This document shows, one piece after another, positions 21,998-31,095 of a stretch of 64,000 bases of DNA. Positions within the stretch are counted from its first letter, which is position 1; every line of letters begins with the position of its first letter. A program made the translations under genes and the position numbers. The DNA is from Candidatus Fervidifonticultor quintus (GTDB taxonomy: Bacteria > Sysuimicrobiota > Sysuimicrobiia > Sysuimicrobiales > Humicultoraceae), in NCBI GenBank assembly GCA_031459535.1, contig JAVKIJ010000005.1:1-64000 (forward strand), given 5' to 3'. Below the pieces are notes generated by a model, which worked only from the letters and a program-made list of their open reading frames with translations, had not been told where the DNA came from and made no database searches.

Positions 21998-22206
21998 TGG
22001 CGCACCACGGTACCGGCTTGGGTTGCTCCTCGCGCGCACCGCCAGCATCAGCGTAGCACGGCCGGGGCCGCCGCGGCCGGGTGAGAGGCCGCCAAGTCGT
22101 CCATGCATCCATGATCGGTCGGCCACCCGATGTCCGCCAGCGGCGAGACGGTGTAGACTGCCATCGAATGCAGAAGTTTGAATACTATTCGAGTCGGAGC
22201 GCAGGC

Positions 22207-22584
22207 ATGAAGTCGCGGTTTGCAGCGGAGGCCACGATCTTGCGAGCCCTGGGCCATCCAGCCCGTCTGGCGATCCTGGAGGTGCTCCGCCACCGGCCGG
22301 CGTGCGTCTGTCATCTGACTGCGGCATTGCACCGTCCGCAGGCGTACGTCTCGCAGCAACTGGGGGTGCTGCGCGACGCCGGCCTCATCGAGGGTCAGCG
22401 AGACGGCGCCTTCGTCTACTACTACTACCGGCTCAGGAACTACGGCGTGCTTGGCATGCTGGACCTCGCCACCCGGCTTCTGGGCCGCGCACCTGAGGCC
22501 ACCCCGGCGGCGGGGCCGCTCGCCGGGTGTGAATGCCCCCAGTGCGCCGTCGGCGAGGCTCCCGCGAAAGGAGCCGGTGCGTGA
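22207..22584 (+). CDS. arsR: ArsR/SmtB-family regulator
   Basis: LRALGHPARLAIL, ACVCHL (alpha3 Cys pair), VSQQLGVLRDAGL, C-terminal CECPQC; palindrome GAATA-C-TATTC at 22180-22190 upstream. Confidence 0.88.
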   Translation: MKSRFAAEATILRALGHPARLAILEVLRHRPACVCHLTAALHRPQAYVSQQLGVLRDAGLIEGQRDGAFVYYYYRLRNYGVLGMLDLATRLLGRAPEATPAAGPLAGCECPQCAVGEAPAKGAGA

Positions 22585-23633
22585 TTACCGATCTGCTCAC
22601 CGCAGGCCTGGTAGCCCTGCGCGACTACGTGGCCCTGCACGTCTTGACCTGTCTGATCCCGGCCTTCCTGCTGGCCGGCGCCATTGTCGCCTTCGTCTCA
22701 AAGGATGCCGTCATGCAGCGACTGGGAGCGGCCGCCTCCAAGACCGCGAGTTTCTCCACCGCCGCGGGCGCCAGCTTTTTCCTCGCTGCGTGCTCGTGCA
22801 CCGTGATCCCGGTCTCTGCGGGGCTCTACTACGGGGGCGCCGGGGTCGGTGCGGCGTTCATCTTGCTGTGGGTCGCTCCGGCGTCTAACCTGTTGTCCCT
22901 CATTTACACGGGGAGCATCCTGGGTGCCACGATGGCCTGGGTACGATTGCTTGCGGCCCTGCTGATGGCGTTCGTGGTGGGATGGGTCATGATCCTGGCC
23001 TTCGGGAAGAAAGAGGTTCGGCGCGCAAGCACCCCCTCAGGCGACCCCAGGGCGCGAATCCTCAGCACGACCGATCTCGTGCTCCTGGGGCTGCTGGTCC
23101 TCTCCCTGCTGGCTCCCAACTACCTGGTCCCACGTGGCCCCTACAGTCAGAAGGTGCTGCTCTGGGCGGTGGCCACCGCAGGGGTTATGGCCTACGCCAG
23201 GTGGTTCAAGACGAAAGAGGAGATCCGCCGCTGGCTGGGCGAGACCTGGTGGTTCGTCCGGATCATCTTCCCTCTGTTGTTGCTCGGCGTCTTCATCGTG
23301 GGCGTCATCGGCGCCGCACTGCCCCGCTCGTGGATCGAAGCGTACCTCGGCGGCTCCGGACTGCGCGCCTCGTTCTTCGCGACGATGCTGGGCAGCATCA
23401 GCTATTTCGCCACGATGACCGAGGCCCCGTTCGTGCACAAGTTGCTCGGACTGGGCATGGGAAAGGGGCCGGCCCTGGCGCTACTGCTCACTGGACCGGG
23501 GTTGAGCCTCCCCAACTGGCTGGCCATCGGGCGGGTGTTCGGGGCCGCGAAGGCCGTCGTGTACGTGGGCACCATCATCGTCCTGGGCACCATCGGCGGC
23601 TGGGTGGCCGGGATGTTCGTCTTCGGTCAGTGA
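22581..23633 (+). CDS. DUF318/ArsP-family permease
   Basis: HVLTCLIPAFLLAGAI, ACSCTVIP, YFATMTEAP, GMGKGPALALLLTGPGLSLP; GTGA overlap with arsR. Confidence 0.88.
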   Translation: MITDLLTAGLVALRDYVALHVLTCLIPAFLLAGAIVAFVSKDAVMQRLGAAASKTASFSTAAGASFFLAACSCTVIPVSAGLYYGGAGVGAAFILLWVAPASNLLSLIYTGSILGATMAWVRLLAALLMAFVVGWVMILAFGKKEVRRASTPSGDPRARILSTTDLVLLGLLVLSLLAPNYLVPRGPYSQKVLLWAVATAGVMAYARWFKTKEEIRRWLGETWWFVRIIFPLLLLGVFIVGVIGAALPRSWIEAYLGGSGLRASFFATMLGSISYFATMTEAPFVHKLLGLGMGKGPALALLLTGPGLSLPNWLAIGRVFGAAKAVVYVGTIIVLGTIGGWVAGMFVFGQ

Positions 23634-23639
23634 GGAGGT

Positions 23640-23906
23640 GTGCGTGTGATTACCGTCGAGGTCTTCGGCCCGGGCTGCGCGCGCTGCCAGGCGACCCTGA
23701 AGGCGGTCCAGCAGAGCGTGCGGGCGTTGGGGATCGAGGCGACCGTGCTGGAGATCCACGACCCCAAGGAGATCGCGCGGGCGCGTGTGATGTTCACGCC
23801 AGCAGTACGCATCAACGGAGAGATCAAGTGCTCCGGCCGCGTCCCCGAGATCTCTGAGGTCACGGCCTGGCTGGCCACAGCCGCGGCCGCTTCCGAAGGG
23901 GCCTAG
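23640..23906 (+). CDS. Small thioredoxin-like redox-active disulfide protein
   Basis: VFGPGCARC...MFTPAVRINGE...SGRVP. Confidence 0.88.
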   Translation: MRVITVEVFGPGCARCQATLKAVQQSVRALGIEATVLEIHDPKEIARARVMFTPAVRINGEIKCSGRVPEISEVTAWLATAAAASEGA

Positions 23907-23949
23907 CGCCCCCGCGGGCGCACCGCCGGCCCGGGGCTCAACCGATCCG

Positions 23950-24939
23950 TCAGTCGATTACCAGCACCGCAGCGCCCTGCATCTCGCCGCGGCGCAGCCG
24001 GTCGAGAGCGTCGTTGGCGCCTTCCAGCGGGAACGGCACGACCTCGGTCCTGATCGGCACCTGGGGCGCAACCCCAAGCAGCGCCTCACCGTCCTGGCGT
24101 GTGAGATTGGCCACCGATCGCACCACCCGTTCGTGCCACAGGATCTCGTATGGAAAGGCCGGGATCTCGCTCATGTGGATGCCGGCGCAGACCACGTTCC
24201 CGCCCCTGGCGGTGGCGCGCAGGGCGGCCGGGATCAGGGCACCCACCGGCGCGTAGATGATGGCGGCATCGAGGGCTTCGGGCGGGCGCTGATCCGAATC
24301 GCCGGCCCACACCGCGCCAAGCCGGCGCGCGAAGGCCTGTGAGGCGCTGTCGCCGGGCCGGGTAAACGCGAAGACCTGCTTGCCTTCGAAGGCGGCGATC
24401 TGCGCCACGATGTGGGCGGCGGCGCCGAAACCGTACAGCCCGAGCCGCTGTACACCTTCCCCGATCATGCGGTACGACCGGTAGCCGATCAGACCGGCGC
24501 ACAGCAGAGGTGCGGCGTCAGCGTACTCGTAGCCGGCCGGCAGCCGGAAGCAATATCGCTGGTCGGCCACGGTGTATTGCGCGTAGCCGCCGTCGAGCGT
24601 GTAGCCCGTGAATCGGGCGTTCTCACACAGATTCTCCCGGCCGCGCACGCAGTACCGGCAGCGGCCGCACGTCCAGCCCAGCCACGGGACGCCCACACGG
24701 TCGCCGGGCCGGAACCGGTGCACGCCCGGGCCCACCTCTACCACATCACCGGCGATCTCGTGGCCGGGGATCAGCGGCAACGCGGGATGGGGAAGCTCGC
24801 CGTCGACGATGTGGAGGTCGGTCCGGCACACCCCGCACGCGCGGACCCGGACGAGGACCTGGCCGGGGCCGGGTCGCGGGGTGGGCACGTCCCGCAGCCG
24901 CAACGGGACTCGGGAGGCGTCGAGCACCATGGCCTGCAT
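23950..24939 (-). CDS. Zinc-dependent alcohol dehydrogenase
   Basis: CGVCRTDLH, GHE, CGRCRYC...ENLC, GLYGFG; start at 24939 or 24954. Confidence 0.95.
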   Translation of the reverse strand: MQAMVLDASRVPLRLRDVPTPRPGPGQVLVRVRACGVCRTDLHIVDGELPHPALPLIPGHEIAGDVVEVGPGVHRFRPGDRVGVPWLGWTCGRCRYCVRGRENLCENARFTGYTLDGGYAQYTVADQRYCFRLPAGYEYADAAPLLCAGLIGYRSYRMIGEGVQRLGLYGFGAAAHIVAQIAAFEGKQVFAFTRPGDSASQAFARRLGAVWAGDSDQRPPEALDAAIIYAPVGALIPAALRATARGGNVVCAGIHMSEIPAFPYEILWHERVVRSVANLTRQDGEALLGVAPQVPIRTEVVPFPLEGANDALDRLRRGEMQGAAVLVID

Positions 24940-25050
24940 CGTGGACGGGCGCACATTTGGGGGTTCTACGCGTGCCCCGAAATTCCCAGGGCCCGTGCAG
25001 GCGTTTGAAAGCCCGGTCGCTACTGGCTACGATGGGATGTGAGGCGAGCG

Positions 25051-26262
25051 ATGCGTATGGTGCTTCCCCGTCTGCGTCCGTCGCTGGATGCCTATCCCGT
25101 CCGTGTCAACGGCCGTGACTTCGTGGCCCTCCACGACCCAGAGGGCGTGGCGGACAGCCCAGTGGTGATCCCATCGAGGGCCTTTCTGATTGCCACCCTG
25201 TTGGACGGCCGCAGGGACCTGCGCGACATCCAGGTGGAGTACGCCCGCTGGTCAGGCGGGGACCTGCTCTTCTCATGGGACCTCCAGCGACTGATCGACG
25301 ACCTCGACCGCCATGGGCTGCTCGAGAGCGAAACGCTCCAGGCCAGACGTGAAGCCATCGAGGCCGCGTTCCGCGCCGCGCCGGTTCGTCAACCGGCGCA
25401 TGCCGGCACGGCCTATCCGGCCGATCCGGATGCCTTGCGCAAGACGCTGGCCGGACACCTCGCGGAGGTCCGAACCGAGGAACTGGCCGATCTCCGCCCT
25501 CGGGGTATCATTGCCCCGCACATCGACCTGGCTCGAGGCGGGGGGTGCTACGGGTGGGCGTACGCCGCGCTCGCACCGCACCTCCCGCCAGCCTGCCTGC
25601 TGCTCGGCGTAGCCCACGCCGCGCCCCCGACGCCGGTCGTCCTCACGGCGAAACCCTTTGCCACGCCTTTGGGCGAGCTCCCGGTGGACGGCGTGGCCGT
25701 GGACTACCTGCAGGAGAGGCTCGGTGACCTGACCGTCCACGAGATCACCCATCGCACTGAGCACTCACTGGAGTTCCAGATGGTCTTCCTGCGCGCCATC
25801 GCTGGCGACCGGCCGGTGGCGGTGGTCCCGCTCCTCGTCTCGGCCTTCGAGCGGTGGGTGCCGCCAGGACGGACGCCCCGCGACGTCCCTGAGCTGGAGC
25901 GGGTCGTCGGGGCCATCTGCGACCTGGTCCGGCGCCGCGACGGCGGCATGGCGGTGATTGCCGGCGTGGACTTCAGCCACGTGGGCCCGCGGTTCGGCGA
26001 CCGGGAACCGCCTGGGCCCGTACTCCAGTCGCGGACCTCGGTTCGAGACCGGGAGGTGCTCGACGCCATCGTGCAGGGAGACGCCGAGGCGTTCTGGCAG
26101 CGGGCTACCGCAGACGGCAACCGTCAGCGGATCGACGCGCTCTCGGCGGTGTATGTGACGCTGCGCGCCCTGGCGCCCACTTGCGGCAGACTCCTGCGCT
26201 ACGGCCAGGCCGACGATCCCGCCGGCGGGATCGTCTCGTTCGCCGCCGTGGCGTTGCTGTAG
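25051..26262 (+). CDS. MEMO1-family protein (AmmeMemoRadiSam protein B) with N-terminal extension
   Basis: RQPAHAGTAYP, IIAPHID, HRTEHSLEFQ, DFSHVGPRFGD, VSFAA. Confidence 0.88.
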   Translation: MRMVLPRLRPSLDAYPVRVNGRDFVALHDPEGVADSPVVIPSRAFLIATLLDGRRDLRDIQVEYARWSGGDLLFSWDLQRLIDDLDRHGLLESETLQARREAIEAAFRAAPVRQPAHAGTAYPADPDALRKTLAGHLAEVRTEELADLRPRGIIAPHIDLARGGGCYGWAYAALAPHLPPACLLLGVAHAAPPTPVVLTAKPFATPLGELPVDGVAVDYLQERLGDLTVHEITHRTEHSLEFQMVFLRAIAGDRPVAVVPLLVSAFERWVPPGRTPRDVPELERVVGAICDLVRRRDGGMAVIAGVDFSHVGPRFGDREPPGPVLQSRTSVRDREVLDAIVQGDAEAFWQRATADGNRQRIDALSAVYVTLRALAPTCGRLLRYGQADDPAGGIVSFAAVALL

Positions 26263-26287
26263 CTACTGCTGCTGGAGAGGACGGTCC

Positions 26288-26707
26288 ATGTTCTCAACCA
26301 TACTGTACGCGACCGATGGCTCACCCCACGCCCGCAGGGCGCTCGACGTCGCCACGGACCTGGCGCGCCGCTACGGCGCCCGCGTCATCGTCGTGACAGC
26401 CTACGAGCCCCTGCCGCGCGACCTGGGCTCTCCGTACCTGGAGGAGCTGATGGCGAAGCGTCTGGCAGCCGCCGAAGCCCTGGCCCGCGAGGCCGCCAGC
26501 GTGCTGCAGGCGCAGGGTGTGTCGCACTCGGTCGAGGTGCTGGAAGGGCCAGCCGCCAGGGCCATCCTGGACGTCTCCCGGGTCCGCACCTGTGACCTGA
26601 TTGTCATGGGGTCGCGGGGCCTCGGGCCGCTGGGGGCCGCTCTGCTCGGGTCGGTGAGCCTGAAGGTGGTGCAGGAGGCCTCCTGCCCGGTCCTGATCAC
26701 CCGATAG
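26288..26707 (+). CDS. Universal stress protein
   Basis: ILYATDGS...DLIVMGSRGLG...LLGSVS..VV..ASCPVL. Confidence 0.95.
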   Translation: MFSTILYATDGSPHARRALDVATDLARRYGARVIVVTAYEPLPRDLGSPYLEELMAKRLAAAEALAREAASVLQAQGVSHSVEVLEGPAARAILDVSRVRTCDLIVMGSRGLGPLGAALLGSVSLKVVQEASCPVLITR

Positions 26708-26720
26708 CGGGATCGCGCCA

Positions 26721-27113
26721 TTGCCCGGGCGGCGGATTCTGCTGATCATCCCCGACACGCGATTCCGGGCCCTGGCCCTGGCGCAGTTGCAGGAAGCGGG
26801 CTATGAGATGGTCGCGGTGCCGCGCCTGCACCATGCTCTGGCCCTGCTGCGTAGCGGCGCGTCTTTCGAGCTGGTGGCCGTTGACCTGTTCGGGGTTCGG
26901 GAGCGGGAGGGGGACCTGCACGACCTGCGTCGACAAGCCGGCTGCCCGATCCTGGTCATGGTCGGGGCAGCCGAGCTCCCACGCTGCCAGGCACTCGGCT
27001 TCACCGAGGTCCTAGCCCGGCCCTTCACCGTGGGCCAACTGGTTGCCCGAGCCGCGGGGTTGCTGGCGCAGGACCAGGAAGGCGGGTCTAGGCGCGAGCC
27101 TGCCAGGGAATAA
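26721..27113 (+). CDS. Atypical single-domain receiver-like protein
   Basis: CheY-like pattern (RILLI, LVAVDL, PILVM, LARPF) but the acidic pair and conserved Lys are degenerate; TTG start. Confidence 0.55.
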   Translation: MPGRRILLIIPDTRFRALALAQLQEAGYEMVAVPRLHHALALLRSGASFELVAVDLFGVREREGDLHDLRRQAGCPILVMVGAAELPRCQALGFTEVLARPFTVGQLVARAAGLLAQDQEGGSRREPARE

Positions 27114-27124
27114 TCTCTCCGAAA

Positions 27125-27220
27125 CCTCCGATAAACGGCAAACCCGCCGCGAGGCGGGGACGCAAAGCCGCGGGACCGGCTAGATGGGCACGCCTTTCCG
27201 GTTGGCTGGGTTGCCGAAGA
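27125..27220 (+). ncRNA. c-di-GMP-I (GEMM) riboswitch
   Basis: GGCAAACCCGCC-GCGA-GGCGGGGACGCAAAGCC...GGCTGGGTTGCCG matches the GEMM-I consensus (GNRA-capped P2, GGACGCAAAGC junction, 3' GGGTTRCC). Confidence 0.88.
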
Positions 27221-27258
27221 GGATCTCCGTGTCTATGCGGGTCCTCTTCGTCATTTCT
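27215..27258 (+). terminator. Riboswitch expression-platform hairpin
   Basis: CGAAGAGGATC (27215-27225) pairs with GGTCCTCTTCG (27240-27250), followed by TCATTTCT; overlaps the aptamer 3' end. Confidence 0.6.
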
Positions 27259-27289
27259 CCGCCCGGCCGTGGAGGATCGGGGTGGGGCG

Positions 27290-28360
27290 ATGGACACCGA
27301 AGGCACGATCCTCGTCATCGACGATGACGAGCCCACGCGGGCGCTGCTCCGCCGGTTGCTGGCGCCGCGCGGCTACGTGCTGAGACTGGCCAGCACCCTG
27401 GAAGAGGGCCTGGCCGCAGTCGCCGATAGCCCCCCGGACCTCATCTTGCTCGACATCAAGATGCCTGATGGCGACGGCCGGCAAGCGTGCCGTCGTCTGC
27501 GCGCTCACCCTGACACGGCCGACCTGCCCATCATCCTCATGACGGCTCACCCCGAGAGCGGCAGACTGTGGCTCTTTGTCGGCGCCGACGCCATCCTGTA
27601 CAAACCCCTGAGGCACGATGAGCTGCTCTCATGGGTGAGGGCCTTCGTCGGCGCCCGGCGCGCTCGGGCGAAGCTGGACCGGATCGAAACCATGCTCGTC
27701 TCGCTGGCGGCCTCGATCGAAGCGCGCAGTGAGCATCGCAGGGAGCACCTGAGCCGCGTTGCCTGGTACAGCCAGCAGCTCGCTCAGGCCATGGGGGTGG
27801 ATCCCGAGGAGATCCCGATCATCCGACGGGCGGCCTTGCTGCACGACATCGGGATGATTGCCGTGTCGGACGCGGTGCTGCATCAGCCCCGTTCGCTGAC
27901 CCCGGCCGAATTCGCGCAGGTCAAGCAGCATCCGGTGGTGGGCGCGGAGTTGTGCCAGTCTCTGCCCGACGGCGAGAAGGTGGCTGCCCTCATTCGGCAC
28001 CACCATGAGCGGTGGCACGGCGGGGGGTACCCGGACGGGCTGTCGGGCAAGGACATCCCGATCGGCGCCCGCATCATCGCCGTGGCGGACGCGTTCGATA
28101 CGTTGACCTCGGATCGCCCCTACCGCTCGGCGCTGACCGCCGACGGCGCGCTCGACGTGCTGGTCATGGGTGCTGGGGCGCAGTGGGATCCCGACGTGGT
28201 GGAGAAACTGGCCGAGATCGTCCGCCGTGGAGCCAGAGATGGCGCCGCGCCCGCTCAACCCATCGAGGGGCCCGCGCCAGACGCCGCTGCAGGCCCCTCG
28301 TCTTATCATCATCTGGAAGCGTTTATCAAGTACCTGCAGCTCACCGGCGACCGGCCCTAG
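27290..28360 (+). CDS. REC-HD-GYP cyclic dinucleotide phosphodiesterase (RpfG-like)
   Basis: Receiver IDDD, LLDIKMP, MTA, YKP; LHDIG, HHERWHGGGYP, ADAFD...RPY. Confidence 0.93.
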   Translation: MDTEGTILVIDDDEPTRALLRRLLAPRGYVLRLASTLEEGLAAVADSPPDLILLDIKMPDGDGRQACRRLRAHPDTADLPIILMTAHPESGRLWLFVGADAILYKPLRHDELLSWVRAFVGARRARAKLDRIETMLVSLAASIEARSEHRREHLSRVAWYSQQLAQAMGVDPEEIPIIRRAALLHDIGMIAVSDAVLHQPRSLTPAEFAQVKQHPVVGAELCQSLPDGEKVAALIRHHHERWHGGGYPDGLSGKDIPIGARIIAVADAFDTLTSDRPYRSALTADGALDVLVMGAGAQWDPDVVEKLAEIVRRGARDGAAPAQPIEGPAPDAAAGPSSYHHLEAFIKYLQLTGDRP

Positions 28361-28366
28361 GCTTGC

Positions 28367-28711
28367 CTACTTGCCGCCCTCAGTCCGCCGCTTGAGCCAG
28401 TCGCGCAGGTCGTCCACCTCCATCTTGTGCGCCCGCATGACTTCCTTCAACGTCTTGCTCGGAGGTGTGTCGGCGGGCAAATTCAACCCGGCGTAGATCT
28501 CCGAGACGGGAATGTTGAACGCCTTGGAGACGTCGGCGAAGATCATCCAGCCCTTCACCGTGTCCACGTCGTTGACGTTGATGGTGACTGCCTCGCCGGA
28601 CTCGGTGACGCGGTCGCTGGTGTGCCACAGGCCGGCGGCCTTGGCGCCGTAGATCACACCCAGGAACAGCACCACGGCCAGCAGGCCGTAGACGTACGGA
28701 TTGAGACGCAT
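28367..28711 (-). CDS. Small membrane-anchored hypothetical protein (VKGWM motif)
   Basis: AAGGAG RBS; N-terminal TM helix; VKGWMIFADVSKAFNIP. Confidence 0.75.
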   Translation of the reverse strand: MRLNPYVYGLLAVVLFLGVIYGAKAAGLWHTSDRVTESGEAVTINVNDVDTVKGWMIFADVSKAFNIPVSEIYAGLNLPADTPPSKTLKEVMRAHKMEVDDLRDWLKRRTEGGK

Positions 28712-28761
28712 GGCAAGATCACTCCTTCGCTCAATAGTGTCGATGCTCACGCCGCCGTCGA

Positions 28762-29709
28762 TCACTTCCCCGCAGGCAGACTGACTACCAGCGGAGGGGT
28801 CGGCGCCACGCGGGGCTTGGACCACGGCCACCGCAGCACCAGGTCCAGCGCGCCGCCGCGTGGGCAGGTGTCGATGCACTTCAGACAGTTGTTGCAGTCC
28901 ACTGCGCTGATCCGATCGGCGGTGGCCACCGGCAGGTTCATCGGGCACCTGGCCTCACAGATACTGCAGCCCTTGCAGTAACTGGCGGTGCGCTCGATCT
29001 TCACCGGCGCGAGCTTGCCCACCAGGCCGATGATCGGTGAGAGGGGGCAGGCGTACCGGCACCACGGCCGCTCCACGAAGAACGACAGTACCACCACCGC
29101 TGCCAGGATGATCAGGCCGGGGCCCAGCGTGGCCTCCGCAATGTCCAGTGCCGTGATGTACGGATCGTAGGGCCGAAACACCATCCGGCCGACGACGATC
29201 GTCCCCCAGAGCAGGTAGGCGAGTACCACGTACTTGCCCCAACGGAGGTAGCGGTCGGCCCGTGCCAGCCCCGTCGCGCGTGCTCGGGCCTTGAGGGCCT
29301 TGGCGAACCTGGCCACGGGCTTGAATCGGCGCTCGAGAAGGCGCGTGAAGCCCATCAGCGCCTCCTGCAGCGTGCCGAAGGGGCAGATCCAGCCGCAAAA
29401 AGATGACTTGAGGAGGATCGCGCTGAGCAGCACGCCACACAGGACGATCAGATTCGAGGCATGGGCATGATGGATGTACTTGCCGGTCGCCAGCCACTGG
29501 TAGAGCGTCTCGATCCCCCCGAACGGACAGTACGCTTCAGGCGATGGAGGAGCGTTCAGGCTCCCCTCGGGTACCAGAGCATGGCGGACCGCCATGATCA
29601 CGACGGTGGCCAGGAATCCGGCTTGCACCAGGTGTCGGGCGTTCTGAACGTTCCACAAGGCGGCGGGCCCCTTGGGTTTCCGCTTGATGGCTCCGAGCTG
29701 CACTCCCAT
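28762..29709 (-). CDS. NapH/YccM-family membrane 4Fe-4S protein
   Basis: EAYCPFGG, FCGWICPFG, RPWCRYACP, CKGCSICEARCP, CNNCLKCIDTCP. Confidence 0.9.
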   Translation of the reverse strand: MGVQLGAIKRKPKGPAALWNVQNARHLVQAGFLATVVIMAVRHALVPEGSLNAPPSPEAYCPFGGIETLYQWLATGKYIHHAHASNLIVLCGVLLSAILLKSSFCGWICPFGTLQEALMGFTRLLERRFKPVARFAKALKARARATGLARADRYLRWGKYVVLAYLLWGTIVVGRMVFRPYDPYITALDIAEATLGPGLIILAAVVVLSFFVERPWCRYACPLSPIIGLVGKLAPVKIERTASYCKGCSICEARCPMNLPVATADRISAVDCNNCLKCIDTCPRGGALDLVLRWPWSKPRVAPTPPLVVSLPAGK

Positions 29710-29721
29710 CCTCGTGCTCCT

Positions 29722-30204
29722 TCACCGCGCGCAGCGCTGGAACGCCGGGAGGTGCGCCTTGATCGAGGCGTCACGCAGTCGGCTGAAGACCGCGATGATG
29801 TCGGGCTCCTTGACTGTCTTCTGGAGCCGGTCGTAGAGGGCGGCGTTTTGGATCTCCGCCTGGGCGGCGACCCTGCAGGCCTCGCCGATGGACGCCGGCG
29901 CCTGGACCTTCCCTGCCGCGGTGTCCGGCGGCACCGGGATGCCGTAGGCCGCAAAGAGCGCCGTCAACTCCGCGATGTGCTGTTCCTCGGCCCGCACGAT
30001 GTTCGCAAATGGCCGCACCTCTCCAAACCTGACGATGACGGCCTGGTAGAGCGCACGCGTATGGTACTCGTCGTTGATCGCGGCGATGAGCGCCTGTCTC
30101 GTCTGGTCATCAACGGCGGCGCGGGTCGGTATCGCCGTGCCGGTCAGTATCAGCACCGCAGCGAGCAGACCCGCTGCCATCTTCACAGGGCTGACGCTGG
30201 CCAT
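29722..30204 (-). CDS. Exported ferritin-like (DUF2202-type) protein
   Basis: Signal peptide; DEYHTRALY, RPFANIVRAEEQH, AEIQNAALY, HLPAFQRC; AAAGGAGG RBS. Confidence 0.82.
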   Translation of the reverse strand: MASVSPVKMAAGLLAAVLILTGTAIPTRAAVDDQTRQALIAAINDEYHTRALYQAVIVRFGEVRPFANIVRAEEQHIAELTALFAAYGIPVPPDTAAGKVQAPASIGEACRVAAQAEIQNAALYDRLQKTVKEPDIIAVFSRLRDASIKAHLPAFQRCAR

Positions 30205-30311
30205 GATCATCCCTCCTTTGTTTGCCTGTCGCTGAGTCCCCCATCCGCCATGGTGGCCGGGGCCCCGGCGGGGCAGAGGCGGTCTGCCCCGCCGGGTGGT
30301 GCCGCTCGGGG

Positions 30312-30881
30312 CTAGCGCCCCGGGCCGGGACGACGCACTCCCCACCGCATGTGGCCAGGACGGCGCGCCATGGCGGGGTGTGGCCCAAATCCGGGGCCCA
30401 TCCCCAAACGCGGGCCCATTGCCGGCGCTTGGCCTGGCCCGGACGCTCGGCCGAACCACGGGCCGGCCCGCAGCAGGGCGTCTGCCTGCGCCTTGTTGAT
30501 CCGACCGGCCGCCAGAGCCTGGTTGATGGCAAACTTCCGGGCGTTGGCCATCGCGGTCTGGACGGTACCGAGCGGCACGTTCGTGGCTGCGGCCAGGGCT
30601 GCGAGCGTCCTGCCGGCAACCCGCTCCTTCTCGAATTCCTCCGGCGTCATCTTCAGGACCCGAGCCGCAGCCGCGCGGACTGCGGTCTCGATGGCCTCGC
30701 GGACGTCGGCCGGAATGGTCGCAGACACCCCGGCGCCGAGCCCGTATCCGGGCCTCGGTCCGGCGACTGGGATCCGACCCGTGGGACCCGGACCCCAGGG
30801 CGGCCCCGCAGCCAGCGCAGGCGCCACGGAGATGACCAGCAGCGCCAGGGCCACAGCCCCGGCCACAAGCATCGCCTTCAT
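30312..30881 (-). CDS. Exported hypothetical protein with Gly/Pro-rich ends and helical core
   Basis: GGAGGGAGG RBS; signal peptide ending ALA-A; AARVLKMTPEEF...GRTLAALAA...GRINKAQAD. Confidence 0.78.
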   Translation of the reverse strand: MKAMLVAGAVALALLVISVAPALAAGPPWGPGPTGRIPVAGPRPGYGLGAGVSATIPADVREAIETAVRAAAARVLKMTPEEFEKERVAGRTLAALAAATNVPLGTVQTAMANARKFAINQALAAGRINKAQADALLRAGPWFGRASGPGQAPAMGPRLGMGPGFGPHPAMARRPGHMRWGVRRPGPGR

Positions 30882-30969
30882 CGTTCCTCCCTCCTCGCTG
30901 CCCTCTCCGGACCTGGGCGGTTCCGCGTCCGGCGGGCGGGTTGTTCAACGACCAGCGTAGAGCCCGCTC

Positions 30970-31012
30970 GTGAGGCGGGGATGAGGCGTCCGTGAAGCCT
31001 GGATGAAGATCT
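30970..31012 (-). promoter_or_regulatory. Four 11-bp-period direct repeats, putative OmpR-family binding site (copy 1)
   Basis: Plus strand GTGAGG (30970), ATGAGG (30981), GTGAAG (30992), ATGAAG (31003). Confidence 0.7.
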
Positions 31013-31029
31013 GCGGGAGGATCATGGGG

Positions 31030-31067
31030 CGGAAAACCGAAGCCCGGGGAGGGCGTCCTCCCCGGGC
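31030..31067 (-). terminator. Intrinsic terminator downstream of gene 31096-31848
   Basis: Perfect 11-bp stem GCCCGGGGAGG-gcgt-CCTCCCCGGGC (31042-31067) followed on the minus strand by TTCGGTTTT. Confidence 0.72.
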
Positions 31068-31095
31068 CCGGGGTAGGCGGCGCGGTCCGATCTGG

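Noticed and set aside
22417-22428. (TAC)4 tract giving YYYY in ArsR
   Set aside because: In-frame and too short to support phase variation.
25051-26262. Complete AmmeMemoRadiSam system
   Set aside because: Only the MEMO1 component is present; no AMMECR1 or radical SAM gene in the window.
30205-30948. 408-aa version of the ferritin-like ORF
   Set aside because: Upstream part overlaps gene 30312-30881; RBS and signal peptide point to a start at 30204-30210.
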